A program made the translations under genes and the position numbers. 64,000 nt of DNA from Candidatus Sulfomarinibacteraceae bacterium. GTDB taxonomy: Bacteria > Acidobacteriota > Thermoanaerobaculia > Thermoanaerobaculales > Sulfomarinibacteraceae. Where the stretch lies: the NCBI GenBank assembly GCA_963776765.1, contig CAVZOK010000009.1, forward strand, positions 60,750 to 124,749, in the 5' to 3' direction. The notes under the pieces were generated by a model, which saw only the letters and a list, made by a program, of their open reading frames with translations, was not told where the DNA came from and did no database searches. Of this stretch, positions 25,901 through 34,995 are shown piece by piece (position 1 is the first letter of the stretch; each line of letters opens with the position of its first letter).

Positions 25901-26130
25901 AAACCTATCTCGGGTCCGATATCGTGACCACCAACGTCGATGGAGATGTCACTTTCTCAGCAGTACTGGCAGCCGCCGCCCCGGAGGGTTGGTATGTCGT
26001 CGGGACCGCCACCGACTCGTCCGGCAGTACGTCGGAGTTCTCGCAGTGCTTCGAGGTTCCTGCGGCTTTGATTTTCGCAGACGGATTGGAAACGGGCGAT
26101 ACGACGAAATGGTCAACTGTGGAGCTGTAA
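22930..26130 (+). CDS. Large secreted protein: FG-GAP/VCBS repeats + CSLREA-type domain + parallel beta-helix repeats
   Basis: Has a signal peptide. GDFDEDGVPDLAV and GDFNADGHLDLLV are FG-GAP-like. ISLREAITAANN is the CSLREA motif. Many NxxxGNxIG beta-helix rungs follow. Confidence 0.75.
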   Translation: MLTRGTMSGRGVSSVQCGVFVMCAFFLVVGAGSALEVEHRFEYGAPVVIEYVGESQIVRQLDSGGTGRALAHGDFDEDGVPDLAVLVSTSSGGALVVHRGNVDAIYPNTLEAKARRPGGDARVPKFVAPARVWATVAAADSLAAGDFNADGHLDLLVATVGRDELRVHLGNGQGAFAGAGVVRLPGELTALTSGEVNRRDGLADVVAAVRTPNGSQLLIFEDPAGAFAEAPDVVDFERVATDLSLGELDGFSGVDLAILAKTDLFILHGSDGWQENEPTISTVADPIRLPFPVATMVIGDFVSSGSLHRELAVLSDRGAVHLVNYFGQEQGAKSFSIEGVDEDGWIPLDAPNWRLSREIACLEGSPHVADGERYLRARLVGGSRDGLVVVDADGGRLHFLTPATSPAPKHTSTRPFQLVPSSLPIASGGSGGALKKFREADDSGTEALKPPSLSVAAVATMSAPRGALAMRLNSDALSDLVVVVDGRPEPVVMTSKAGEIVVVDSTTDIVDGGTTSISDLNASPGADGVISLREAITAANNTVGADTVNFNIPVDTDAGCDVGSGVCTIQPGGYGLPTITQPITIDGTSQPTFASTPVIEIDGSLALTDATGVAINVGNSTIRGLVINSFLTNSDIVMWGAGNNVVEGNFLGVDPTGTSNRTTTNSVHVYAISNNTIGGTTTAARNVISGNTSPAVALNAGASYNFVQGNFIGTDLTGTVALGNSGNDIVTLDSPNNTIGGTAAGAGNLISGNLDSDFASVGLGFPSSTGNLVQGNFVGTDITGTIDMGGASIGVYIAEGSTNTIGGTTPSAANLISGGDSAGVGIADASGNFIQGNLIGTQVDGVTPLPNSSHGVLIYSGAGNNLVGGRTAGAGNTIAFNGASGVDLRGDAGVGNAIAGNSIFGNAALGINFCSDYDVDNLVCNDATAVTPNDPNDPDTGANNLQNFPDLTTVLSGSTVQGSLDSIPSSDFTIDFYASSVCDPSGYGEGETYLGSDIVTTNVDGDVTFSAVLAAAAPEGWYVVGTATDSSGSTSEFSQCFEVPAALIFADGLETGDTTKWSTVEL

Positions 26131-26206
26131 GTGGCACCACAAGATCAACGCGAGATGGGCCGGCCACCCCTGTGACAAGACACTTCGAAAATCGACGAAT
26201 TGTTCG

Positions 26207-26269
26207 TATCGAGCATCGAGCATCGAGCATCTAGCATCGAGTATCTAGCATTTAGTATTGAGTATCGAG
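26207..26269. repeat. Longest heptamer array: 9 units of (C/T)AT(C/T)(G/T)AG
   Basis: tatcgag catcgag catcgag catctag catcgag tatctag catttag tattgag tatcgag. A GGCCACCCC box sits at 26162-26170. The array ends 4 nt before the stop at 26274. Confidence 0.92.
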
Positions 26270-26273
26270 CTGC

Positions 26274-27851
26274 CTATTCGATATATCCCAATGCCCTGAG
26301 CTGATCGACGAGCTCTTCATCGACCTCGGAGGCGCGGTTCTCGCCTCGGGTCGGCGCGCCCCAGGTAGGAATCGTTTGCAGGGGATGAGCATCACGGAAC
26401 GCTCCGGTGAAAAGCTCAATCTGCGCCCGACCGGCGAAGTCCTCGGCCACCGGAAGACCGATGGCGTAAAGCAACGTCGGTGGGACGTCAACGACCCTCA
26501 ACGACTCTGGCAAGGCATTTGGGTCGATGTCGGGACCGGCTGCGATGAAGATCCCGGGAGTCTTGCGGCCGTGAGTTCCCGAAAGGCGGTTGAGCGATCC
26601 GATGGCCCCCGGGAGTGGCACTCCGGCTACTTTCAACGGTTTCCGTGCGCCGTCGGTATGGACTTCGACGACAAAGTCGGCGCCACGTTCACGTTTTTTG
26701 GTGGTCGCATCGCGGACGGTGAATACGGGTTCGCCCCCGGCATAGGTGATGTTTTCGAGGGCTGTTTCGAGACGGTCACGAATTGCTTCCTGATCGGTAG
26801 CCATGACCTTGCCTCCGTCCTCCCTGTCGGCGAGGGCGAAGCGGATTTTCTTGACCAGAGATCGCTCCGGCGAGGCGAAGCTGTAGAGCTCCGTTTGACT
26901 GAAATCCACTCCCTGGTCGGACTTCGTTAGAAAGCCGAGGCGCTCGAGGACAACGTCGAAGTTCAGGCGAATTTGGGTGGTCACGCCATCCATTGCGTCG
27001 AAACCGTGGTCGGACATGACGATGATGTTGATGTCGGGGTTTGAGGCCTCCAACAGCTCGCCAAGGGTGCGGTCGACGAGTTCGTACTCGCGGGCGATGA
27101 TTTCCCTTTCCACCTCGAGGTCAGAGGGGCTGGCGTCCGGGAAGGCCTCCGGCTCGAAGGCCCGCCAGTGGAAATGGCAGGAGATATCAACACCGCGGAG
27201 GTAGAGCAGCAGCAGATCGTAGTCCTCTCGGGCAAAGTCGACCGCAAGGCGACCGAAAATACGATCCGCTTCGATCATCGAGTTTGGCTTGTTCCCTTTT
27301 TCCTCAGCCCGAAGCCGCGCCAGCTTGGATTCGAAGACGGCGAGGTATTCGGGCGGCCACACCCGGTCCGGGATCTTGTGGGTGGCGCGGTCTGAGACAA
27401 TGGTGCCGTTGACCTCTTCAGCCGGCCACGATGCCCACCAGCCCAGTGCCGCCACCCGTCCGCCGGTCGCGGTCACCATATTCCAGATGGCGGGAACCTG
27501 GCGCAGAGTTGAGGATACTGGCTGATCACCATCCGCGGTCGGTACCACGAACTCGGTGATGCCGTGCACATCAGGCATGACCCCGGTTACTACCGAGGTC
27601 CAGATGACCGGAGAGGCGTGGTGGAACGTCTCGAGGGGCGCCGCGACTCCACGATCGGCAAGCCGTTTGAGATGCGGGAGACGGTCCTGTTCCCACATCC
27701 ACTCGACGACCTCCCAGTCGGCGCCGTCAACCCCGAAAAGGATGAACGGATGAACCTGCGCCGGATCCTCGGTTGCTCGACACGATACCGATGCCAGAAC
27801 CAAGGCTGTGGCGAGAACAATCGTCAAGACCAGAGATAGCCATTTCACCAT
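26274..27851 (-). CDS. Alkaline-phosphatase-superfamily enzyme (nucleotide pyrophosphatase/phosphodiesterase-like), lipoprotein
   Basis: GVDGADWE, ASPVIWTSVVTG (nucleophile region) and MSDHGF motifs. Signal peptide MVKWLSLVLTIVLATALVLASVSC. Confidence 0.75.
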   Translation of the reverse strand: MVKWLSLVLTIVLATALVLASVSCRATEDPAQVHPFILFGVDGADWEVVEWMWEQDRLPHLKRLADRGVAAPLETFHHASPVIWTSVVTGVMPDVHGITEFVVPTADGDQPVSSTLRQVPAIWNMVTATGGRVAALGWWASWPAEEVNGTIVSDRATHKIPDRVWPPEYLAVFESKLARLRAEEKGNKPNSMIEADRIFGRLAVDFAREDYDLLLLYLRGVDISCHFHWRAFEPEAFPDASPSDLEVEREIIAREYELVDRTLGELLEASNPDINIIVMSDHGFDAMDGVTTQIRLNFDVVLERLGFLTKSDQGVDFSQTELYSFASPERSLVKKIRFALADREDGGKVMATDQEAIRDRLETALENITYAGGEPVFTVRDATTKKRERGADFVVEVHTDGARKPLKVAGVPLPGAIGSLNRLSGTHGRKTPGIFIAAGPDIDPNALPESLRVVDVPPTLLYAIGLPVAEDFAGRAQIELFTGAFRDAHPLQTIPTWGAPTRGENRASEVDEELVDQLRALGYIE

Positions 27852-27935
27852 GAGGGACCGGAGTTTAACATCGAGATGCTTTGGAAAACGATACTCCACC
27901 ACACACCCACCTGTTGAATTACGCCGAAGAAATTC

Positions 27936-27982
27936 GGGAGGTTGGCGGAAATTCCTAATTCCTAATTCCTAATTCCGAATTT
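27936..27982 (+). repeat. Box+tail element: GGGAGGTTGGCGG + (AATTCCT)x4.5
   Basis: The tail ends at the rubrerythrin stop codon (27983-27985). Confidence 0.9.
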
Positions 27983-28504
27983 TCAGAACTCCATGCACTC
28001 CGGCTCGTAGTACTCGCGCGGGTGCTTACAGCAGGGGCACTCCTTTGGCGGTTCTTTGCCTTCGTGGACATAACCGCAGACCGCGCACTTCCAGCGGATG
28101 GGTTCCTCGCGCTTGAAAACGGTGCCGTTTTCGACCATTTCGAGGAGCTTCTTGTAGCGATCGCGATGCTCGGCCTCGACCAGGGCAATCATGTTGAAAA
28201 GGATTGCCGCCTCCTTGTTGCCCTCCTCTTTGGCCGCAGCTGCAAACTCGGGGTACATGTTCGTGGTTTCGTAGTGCTCGCCGGCGACCGCCTCCTTGAG
28301 GTTGGCGACAGTGTCACCAATACCGCCGAGCAGAGCAAACTCGTCCTTGGCGTGCCGCATTTCGTTGATTGCGGTTTCTTCGAAGATCTTGGCGATATAG
28401 TGATAGCCCTCTTTGCGCGCTACCTTGGCGAAATAGGTGTACATGTTGCGCGCCTGGCTCTCGCCGGCGAATGCAGCCTTCAGGTTTTCCTCGGTCTTGG
28501 ACAT
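27983..28504 (-). CDS. rbr: Rubrerythrin
   Basis: Ferritin-like diiron motifs (ESQARNMY, EMRHA, EAEH) plus a C-terminal rubredoxin CAVCG...CPCC. Confidence 0.9.
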   Translation of the reverse strand: MSKTEENLKAAFAGESQARNMYTYFAKVARKEGYHYIAKIFEETAINEMRHAKDEFALLGGIGDTVANLKEAVAGEHYETTNMYPEFAAAAKEEGNKEAAILFNMIALVEAEHRDRYKKLLEMVENGTVFKREEPIRWKCAVCGYVHEGKEPPKECPCCKHPREYYEPECMEF

Positions 28505-28685
28505 GGATGCCTCCTGGATTCATCGAGTGCGGGTCGTAGATTGGTGCGGAGCGACCCGTCAATCGAAAAGATAACTGTTACGAGTTAGATGTCAATCAAT
28601 CCTGAGATTGCGCACTTTTGCAAACAACTTCGTCGTGATTGGTCTCGATGACTCATGCAAGATCGTTGAACCGATCTGTGCGTGA

Positions 28686-28713
28686 GGGCTATACGGCTAT
28701 AGGGCCAGACGGC
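28686..28713. repeat. 8-mer tandem array (GGCTATAC-type)
   Basis: gggctatacggctatagggccagacggc lies in the rbr/typA divergent region. Confidence 0.8.
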
Positions 28714-28850
28714 AATTCGGCACATGGGCTTGACAATGCCGACGCCAAGCGTGGTTGATTCCGCCGTAAAGGCGTAAAGCCATTGACCTAAGGGTCTCCA
28801 GCTGTTACAACTGCGCGCCCGCTGTTGCGGCCCAAATGAGGACCCCATCC

Positions 28851-30704
28851 ATGACCGAGTTCCGGAACCTTGCAATCATCGCGCACGTCGACCACGGCAA
28901 GACCACACTGGTGGACGCAATGCTGTGGCAGAGCGGAACGTTCCGTTCGAACGAACGCGTCGCCGAACGCGTCATGGATTCGGGCGATCTCGAACGCGAG
29001 CGCGGCATCACGATTCTCGCCAAAAACACTGCGGTGCGACACAAAGGCGTCAAGATCAATATCGTCGATACCCCGGGTCACGCCGACTTCGGCGGCGAGG
29101 TCGAACGCACCCTGCAGATGGTGGACGGGGTGCTGCTGTTGGTTGACGCTGCCGAAGGCCCGCTGCCGCAAACCCGATTCGTGCTGCAGAAGGCTCTCGA
29201 ACTCGGTCTGCAGCCGATAGTGGTCCTCAACAAGATCGATCGGGGTGATGCCCGGCCGGCCGAGGTGTTGGACGAAGTCTACGATCTGTTCATCGATCTC
29301 GATGCAGACGAAGATCAGCTCGACTTCCCGGTTTTCTGCACTGACGCCCGTAAGGGCTTGTGCAGGAGAGGGATCGAGGGCGATTTTGGCGACCTGCAGC
29401 TTCTGCTCGATGAGATTGTCACAACCCTGCCGGCGCCGCAGGGTGACGAGAACGCGCCGTTGCAGCTCCTGGTGACCAATCTCGACTACTCGGACTACCT
29501 GGGAAGACTTGCGGTTGGCCGCATCGTCAACGGCACCCTGCACGCGAGTCGGACGGTCGGTATCGCTCGCGAGGATGGTGTCGGCGAGGCAAAGGTCGGC
29601 ATCGTCTACTCGCACGAGGGCCTCAAAAGGGTCGAGGTGGAGAGTGCGGAGGCGGGGGATATTGTTGCCTTGGCGGGCCTTGACGAGGTGAGCATCGGCG
29701 ATTCCCTGGTCGATCGGGACGATCCGCAGCCACTCAAACGGATCGCAGTCGACGAGCCGACGATGTCGATGGTCTTTTCGGCTAACAACTCACCCTTTGG
29801 AGGCCGAGAGGGTCAGTTCGTGACCGCACGGCAGATCCGCGCGCGGCTCGAGAAGGAAGCCCTCCACAATGTCGCCATCCGGCTCAATATTCTCAGCAAC
29901 GACGCCTTCGAGGTACAGGGCCGTGGTGAGCTGCAGCTCGCCATTTTGATCGAGACCATGCGGCGCGAGGGCTACGAACTGTCGGTGTCGAAGCCGGAGA
30001 TCGTCATCCGCGAAATCGAAGGCGATCGTCACGAGCCGATGGAGATTGTCCAGGTCGACTGTCCCGAAGACTACGTCGGTGTTGTGACCCAGAAGCTCGG
30101 CGGCCGCAAGGGCCAGATGACCGAGATGCACAACCCGGGTCACGGCCGGGTACGGTTGGCATTCCGAATCCCGTCGCGTGGTCTGATCGGTTTTCGATCG
30201 GAGTTTCTCACCGATACCCGCGGCACCGGCATCCTCAACCACCTTTTTGATGGTTGGGAACCGTGGCAGGGAGAGATTCCGGGCCGCGCCACCGGCGCGC
30301 TGGTGGCGGATCGGGCCGGCAAAACCACCACCTACGCCCTTTTCCATCTCGAGCCCCGAGGCACACTCTTCGTCCACCCGGTAACCGAGGTCTACGAGGG
30401 GATGATCGTGGGAGAAAATGCGCGTGACAACGATCTCGACGTCAACATCACACGCGAAAAGAAGCTGACCAACATGCGCGCAGCTGGCGCCGACGAAGCC
30501 TTGCGGTTGGCGCCGCCGCGCAGAATGACCCTCGACCGTGCGATCGAGTGGATCGATGATGACGAACTGGTCGAGATCACTCCCAGCGCGATCCGGGTCC
30601 GCAAGCGGGCACTGGCTGCCAACCAGCGGCCGAAGACCAAGAAGCGCACCGACGTAAGACGCCGTTCGCCCTGCCGGCATCTGCCCACGAGTGGACGCAG
30701 GTAG
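28851..30704 (+). CDS. typA: Translational GTPase TypA/BipA
   Basis: [35 protein letters not shown]. Colinear with BipA throughout. Confidence 0.95.
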   Translation: MTEFRNLAIIAHVDHGKTTLVDAMLWQSGTFRSNERVAERVMDSGDLERERGITILAKNTAVRHKGVKINIVDTPGHADFGGEVERTLQMVDGVLLLVDAAEGPLPQTRFVLQKALELGLQPIVVLNKIDRGDARPAEVLDEVYDLFIDLDADEDQLDFPVFCTDARKGLCRRGIEGDFGDLQLLLDEIVTTLPAPQGDENAPLQLLVTNLDYSDYLGRLAVGRIVNGTLHASRTVGIAREDGVGEAKVGIVYSHEGLKRVEVESAEAGDIVALAGLDEVSIGDSLVDRDDPQPLKRIAVDEPTMSMVFSANNSPFGGREGQFVTARQIRARLEKEALHNVAIRLNILSNDAFEVQGRGELQLAILIETMRREGYELSVSKPEIVIREIEGDRHEPMEIVQVDCPEDYVGVVTQKLGGRKGQMTEMHNPGHGRVRLAFRIPSRGLIGFRSEFLTDTRGTGILNHLFDGWEPWQGEIPGRATGALVADRAGKTTTYALFHLEPRGTLFVHPVTEVYEGMIVGENARDNDLDVNITREKKLTNMRAAGADEALRLAPPRRMTLDRAIEWIDDDELVEITPSAIRVRKRALAANQRPKTKKRTDVRRRSPCRHLPTSGRR

Positions 30705-30779
30705 ACACTGGCCCTGGAGCGTGATCTGGAATACAACCTCTTCCCCTCCGGAACGTTACGGTAAGGATGGGGGTGCTTC

Positions 30780-32938
30780 ATGTTCGGTTCTCGAAGGATG
30801 CTTGCCGTCACGGCTGCCATGGCTTTCCTTTCCGGAGGGTCGATCGACGCTCGTGAGTGGTACGTGGCGCCCGGCGGAGCTGATGGGAGCGCGGGTACCA
30901 CGAGCGATCCCCTGGCAACGGTGGCCCACGCCATCAGCCGCGCATCGGCCGGCGATGCCATCCTCCTCGAGCGAGGCGGGACCTACTTTGCCAGCGATGT
31001 GAACGCGGGTTCCAACCTCAGCGTCGCCGCGTACGGCAAAGGCCCCCGCCCCATCGTCACCGGTGGTCTTCGGGTCAACATCTCCGGAACCTGGGGCTCG
31101 AACCCGAGTCGGTCCGAACTGCCACGGTAGCCCAGCGGGTGGTGGCCTGTTATGTCGACGGCCGCTTCGTCCGACTGGCCCGCTGGCCCAACATCGACGA
31201 CGGTTTCTTGCGCAATGACAATGACAACGAATACAACCGAATTGTCGATGCCGAGCTCGCCACCCGATCGGGCGTGGTGCCCGGCCGGTGGACCGGCGCC
31301 CAGGTTCGTTGGCGCAAGTGGAGTTGGTGGTGGGAGACCCGGCCCATCGCCACCCACGGTCCTGTCGACACCCTGGAGCTCGACCTGGCCGGCGACGTCG
31401 GCATCAACCTTGCGGATCCCGGATCGGGCTATTTCATCGATAACGACCTCGACGAGCTTGACGTGCCCGGTGAGTGGCACTGGCAGGCCGGGGTGCTGTA
31501 CCTGTTCCCTCCCGCTGGGGCCGACCCCGCCACCATGACTGTCGATGTCGTGACCACCACGAGCGCCGATCTCCTGGTCGATCACGAAGCTGAACCGCCC
31601 GGAATGAGGACATCGGGATCCACCTTCCAGGACATCCACTTCTCGCGTTACTACGGCACTGCGCTCGCCATCAACCGGCCTGCCACGATCGAGGACTGCA
31701 CCTTCTCTGAGATCGAGAGCACCGCCGTGCATTTCACCTGGGACTCACAGCCCTTCACCATCCGGCGTTCGGTCTTCCGCGATATCCGAAACATCGCTAT
31801 CCGCGGCTGGGCCGATCCCGCCGATCCCGCCGGTTCGCTCATCGAGCGCAACCTCTTTCTTCGTATCGGTTTCGAACCTGGCTATGGTGGCAACGGTCCG
31901 TGGCACGCGGCCGGGGTCATCGTTGGTCAGGCCACCGCGGCCATCGTTCGCCTCAATCGCTTTGTCGATACCGGTTACGCGGGGATTATTCTCGGCAGCG
32001 ATGGCCAGACGGTGGAAAAGAACGTCTTTGTCCGCGCCATGCACACCCTCAACGATGGCGGCGCGGTCTACACCAATTGCAACGCGTCGATCATCCGCGA
32101 CAACATCATCCTCGATACCATCGGTGACCTCGAATACTCACACGAGTGGTGGCCCCTAGGCCACGGGATCTGGCCCGAATTCCTGTCCGATTTTCACGAC
32201 ACCGTCATCACGGGGAATACAATCTACGGCAGCAACGGCCACGGTGTCTTCCTGCCCAACAATTTCGACTGCACTATCAGCGGCAATGTCATCATGGACA
32301 ACCGCCGCGCCGCCCTCGGGCTTTACATCGACACCAATCCCAACCAGGGCCACGTCATCACCGAAAACACCCTGGTTTCCACCGAACCGACCCGCCGCAT
32401 CGATCGTCCCGAGAACCTCTCCCACTGGTGGCTCCCACCCTACGCTGAACCGATCCCGGTGGCTCTGGAGTACGACGCTCCAGCCAACTACGGCAGCATG
32501 AGCCGCACCACATTCGTTGCGCCGGCCTCGCTGGCAGGGGTCATCCGCAAAGAACCCGCCGGGGCCCTGTTCTCGACTCTCGGCGAATGGACCGCAGATG
32601 CGACCTGGGCGTCGGCTGTGGGGAGTCTCATCAACCGGAACAACGCCATTCTTCTTTTCAACGATACCGAGGAGTCGGCGACGATGCCGGTGCCGGTCGG
32701 CAGCTGGACCCGGCCCGATGGATCAGCGGTGGGAGCCACCATATCGCTGCAACCATTCCGCAGCGCCGTGCTCGTCACCGCAACTGCGGTCTCCCCGGCA
32801 CCGCCGTACCACGCGGCATCCGGGATCAACTGGCGGGCGGACAGCCCGGTCGAGAGCTATCTGGGCGATGACAATCCGATTTTCGCCGATGGTTTCGAAT
32901 CGGGCGGTCTCTTGGCGTGGGCCGCTACGAAACCATAG
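30780..32938 (+). pseudogene. Right-handed parallel beta-helix protein split by a 1-nt frameshift near 31100-31112 (pseudogene or sequence error)
   Basis: ORF 30780..31130 (signal peptide, WYVAPGG...DPLATVAHAI) and ORF 31139..32938 (ARWPN..., beta-helix rungs) read as one protein. The join is the 30780 ORF frame changing to the 31139 ORF frame: ...GTWGSNP / SVRTATVAQRVVACYVDGRFVRLARWPN. Confidence 0.7.
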
Positions 32939-33116
32939 AATTGGTGATGATCTCGAGCCTCCACGTCTGGGAAGTTCAATCAACCGGCCCCTTGTTCTCA
33001 CGTGGTATCCACCGGGCCTGCCTGACGGTCCACTACGTGGAATTCGTGGTCGAGCCATTGTCCCGGTCATTCGATTCCTGATCACCGAGCCTCTGTCCCC
33101 CCATCCACGCGTATTG

Positions 33117-33237
33117 CCCGCAGATGACGCAGATCGCGCAGATAAGGACCCGGACATTTTGTGATGGTATCTGCGTTAATCTGCGTTATCTGCGGGTAAG
33201 AAAAATGGCCTTTCAGTTGGACTCGTGTTCCACTTGC
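33117..33237 (+). repeat. Palindromic 9-mer-armed element, copy a (CGCAGAT-type arms + conserved 40-nt tail)
   Basis: Arms are 33117-33144 and 33168-33196, followed by the tail taagaaaaatggcctttcagttggactcgtgttccacttgc. It is homologous to 34162-34282. Confidence 0.85.
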
Positions 33238-33312
33238 AGCGTGGCGTGCAATTTGGCGGCATCGGACATCGCAACCTGCCAAGGTCATCACCGTAGAATC
33301 CAGTAGACGCGC

Positions 33313-34119
33313 TTGACGCCCGGGGGGCAGGTGAAGATCAGGATTCGTCAGGTTGTGAAATGGTGTTTGGTGGCGTTCGCGGTTGTGGTTGCGCTCTTCG
33401 CCCTCTACCTTTCGGTGTTCTTTTTCCCATATCCGTTGTTTCCGCATCACATGGAGCACGCAGGTTTCAGCGTTTACTCCGATGGAGATATCCCTGGGAA
33501 CTTCGATCTCGTTCTCGAAGACGCCAGGCTCCGGCTGGAAAGGATGGAGTTGTACCGCGGCGCGGCGCCCCCACGCATTTTCATGTGTCAATCACAGCGA
33601 CTCTTCGTCTTTCTTGTCAAGTTGGCCGGCAAGCGCCACGTTGGCCAGGGCTTGCTGATCTCGGTGGCCGGCAATGCCTTTTTCTCCAAAAAGATGATCG
33701 AGACCGTGGGGCGACGGAACAAGGGCCTTCCGCTGCACTCGAGGATGCACGGGTCGTGGGCGGCCGCGATATCTCACGAGGCCGCACATCAGCTCGTCTT
33801 TTCTGAAGTCGGATTGAAAGTGGCTCGCAGGATGCCGGTTTGGAAATCGGAGGGCTATGCGGATTACTCGGCCAATTTTGCGGCCACCGCGGCGGATCCC
33901 GACTACGACTTGCGAAATCGTATTGGATTTCTCCTCGACGACGATTCCTGGAACTCAACCGCGGGGTACGTTGATCGTCGCCACTTCCGATGGCACGTAT
34001 TGGTGGAGTTCCTATGTTCTGTCGAGGGTCTGACCTTCGAGGATCTTATGGATGGAGGCGTCACCGAAGAGGGCGCTGAAACCGCGATGATGTCGTGGTA
34101 TTCGTCTCCCGATTCTTGA
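33313..34119 (+). CDS. Membrane-anchored MA-clan (gluzincin-like) putative metallopeptidase
   Basis: N-terminal TM segment. HEAAH followed 20 residues later by WKSEGYA, which resembles the M1 HExxH...WLNEGFA pattern. Start is uncertain (TTG 33313 or GTG 33331). Confidence 0.6.
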   Translation: MTPGGQVKIRIRQVVKWCLVAFAVVVALFALYLSVFFFPYPLFPHHMEHAGFSVYSDGDIPGNFDLVLEDARLRLERMELYRGAAPPRIFMCQSQRLFVFLVKLAGKRHVGQGLLISVAGNAFFSKKMIETVGRRNKGLPLHSRMHGSWAAAISHEAAHQLVFSEVGLKVARRMPVWKSEGYADYSANFAATAADPDYDLRNRIGFLLDDDSWNSTAGYVDRRHFRWHVLVEFLCSVEGLTFEDLMDGGVTEEGAETAMMSWYSSPDS

Positions 34120-34156
34120 TACTCGATTCTCGATCCTCGATTCGCCCGCCCATACC
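34111..34156 (-). repeat. Box+tail element (reverse orientation): (GATNCTC heptamers)x4.5 + CCCGCCCATACC
   Basis: The array overlaps the last three codons and the TGA (34117-34119) of 33313..34119. Confidence 0.85.
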
Positions 34157-34161
34157 AGTTT

Positions 34162-34282
34162 GCCCGCAGATCACGCAGATCACGCAGATGAAGCCTAGGA
34201 CATTTTGAGATGTCATCTGCGTCAATCTGCGTATTCTACGGGAAGAAATAGGCCGTTTCGATTGGACTCGTATCCCACTGGC
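34162..34282 (+). repeat. Palindromic 9-mer-armed element, copy b
   Basis: Arms are 34162-34190 and 34215-34242. The shared centre ggacattttgNgatg and the tail aagaaataggccgtttcgattggactcgtatcccactggc match copy a. Confidence 0.85.
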
Positions 34283-34324
34283 GGGATGACGACGAGTCTT
34301 GACGAAAAGATGTCATGCGATCGC

Positions 34325-34547
34325 GAGCCGCGGAGCGGCGAAAGATACATAGCCTGGGGCGTGAGCCCCAGGACACGGATGAGGAAAAGAGAGGAAGCCG
34401 CGGAGCGGCGACAGATATATCGCGGTGATACCTGCTGTTCACGCCACAAAGAAATCTGTCGCCCCATTCAGGGGCTTATCTTCTTTTGCCCTGTTCACCC
34501 TGGGGCTCACGCCCCAGGCTCAGAACCTGTCACGCCTCCGGCGCTTC
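34325..34547. repeat. Cluster of four ~48-nt units (GCCGCGGAGCGGCGACAGAT...CCTGGGG-N5-CCCCAGG), two forward then two reverse
   Basis: Units at 34325-34373, 34395-34425 (half), 34451-34477 (half, reverse) and 34496-34547 (reverse). The same unit occurs at 668-717 and 36469-36518 inside the four-helix-bundle cassettes. Confidence 0.85.
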
Positions 34548-34650
34548 TCTTGATCTCGTTGATGCGATGAGAGGGCAGTCAATTCTCAGATGTCTGCCTA
34601 TAGCAGGACGCGATCTTGGGTCGTATCTCGCATGTCGTAAGGAGTGTGGA

Positions 34651-34881
34651 TCAGTAATCCGACCCGTACTTGAGGGGCTTGGCCCTGTAGCTCATGATTG
34701 CCGCCTGGTGGCGACCGATCATTGCGTGTGCCGCAAGGCGCCCGCAGTGGCCGTAACCTTCTATGGGCTCGCACAGCCCGCGGCAGAAGGAAACTTGGTG
34801 GCCGTTGTACGGACACCTGATGACTGTGTATGAGCGGAAGTTCGTCGTGCGGCGCTTTTTCTTTGGTCGGAGCAAAGACAT
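34651..34881 (-). CDS. Small basic Cys/His-rich hypothetical protein (76 aa)
   Basis: MSLLRPKKKRRTT...RCPYNGHQVSFCRGLCEPIEGYGHCGRLAAH. Codon usage looks coding-like. I recognise no family. Confidence 0.4.
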   Translation of the reverse strand: MSLLRPKKKRRTTNFRSYTVIRCPYNGHQVSFCRGLCEPIEGYGHCGRLAAHAMIGRHQAAIMSYRAKPLKYGSDY

Positions 34882-34995
34882 CGAGTACCCCCGATGGTTA
34901 TCTTAGCAGGATTGATTCCTGATGCAGCTCGCGGCCTTGCCAGTACCTGTGCCCGAGCCCGAGATCTCACGGGGCCGTAGGTGTAAACTCACCCC

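Noticed and set aside
26207-26269. Tandem arrays as possible CRISPR loci
   Set aside because: Units are 7-9 nt and directly abutting with no spacers. No cas genes are present, and arrays span at most 63 nt.
28505-28850. PerR/Fur-type operator upstream of rubrerythrin
   Set aside because: Only short 5-bp inverted repeats (TAACT...AGTTA, TTTGCAAA) are present. Nothing approaches a Per or Fur box consensus.
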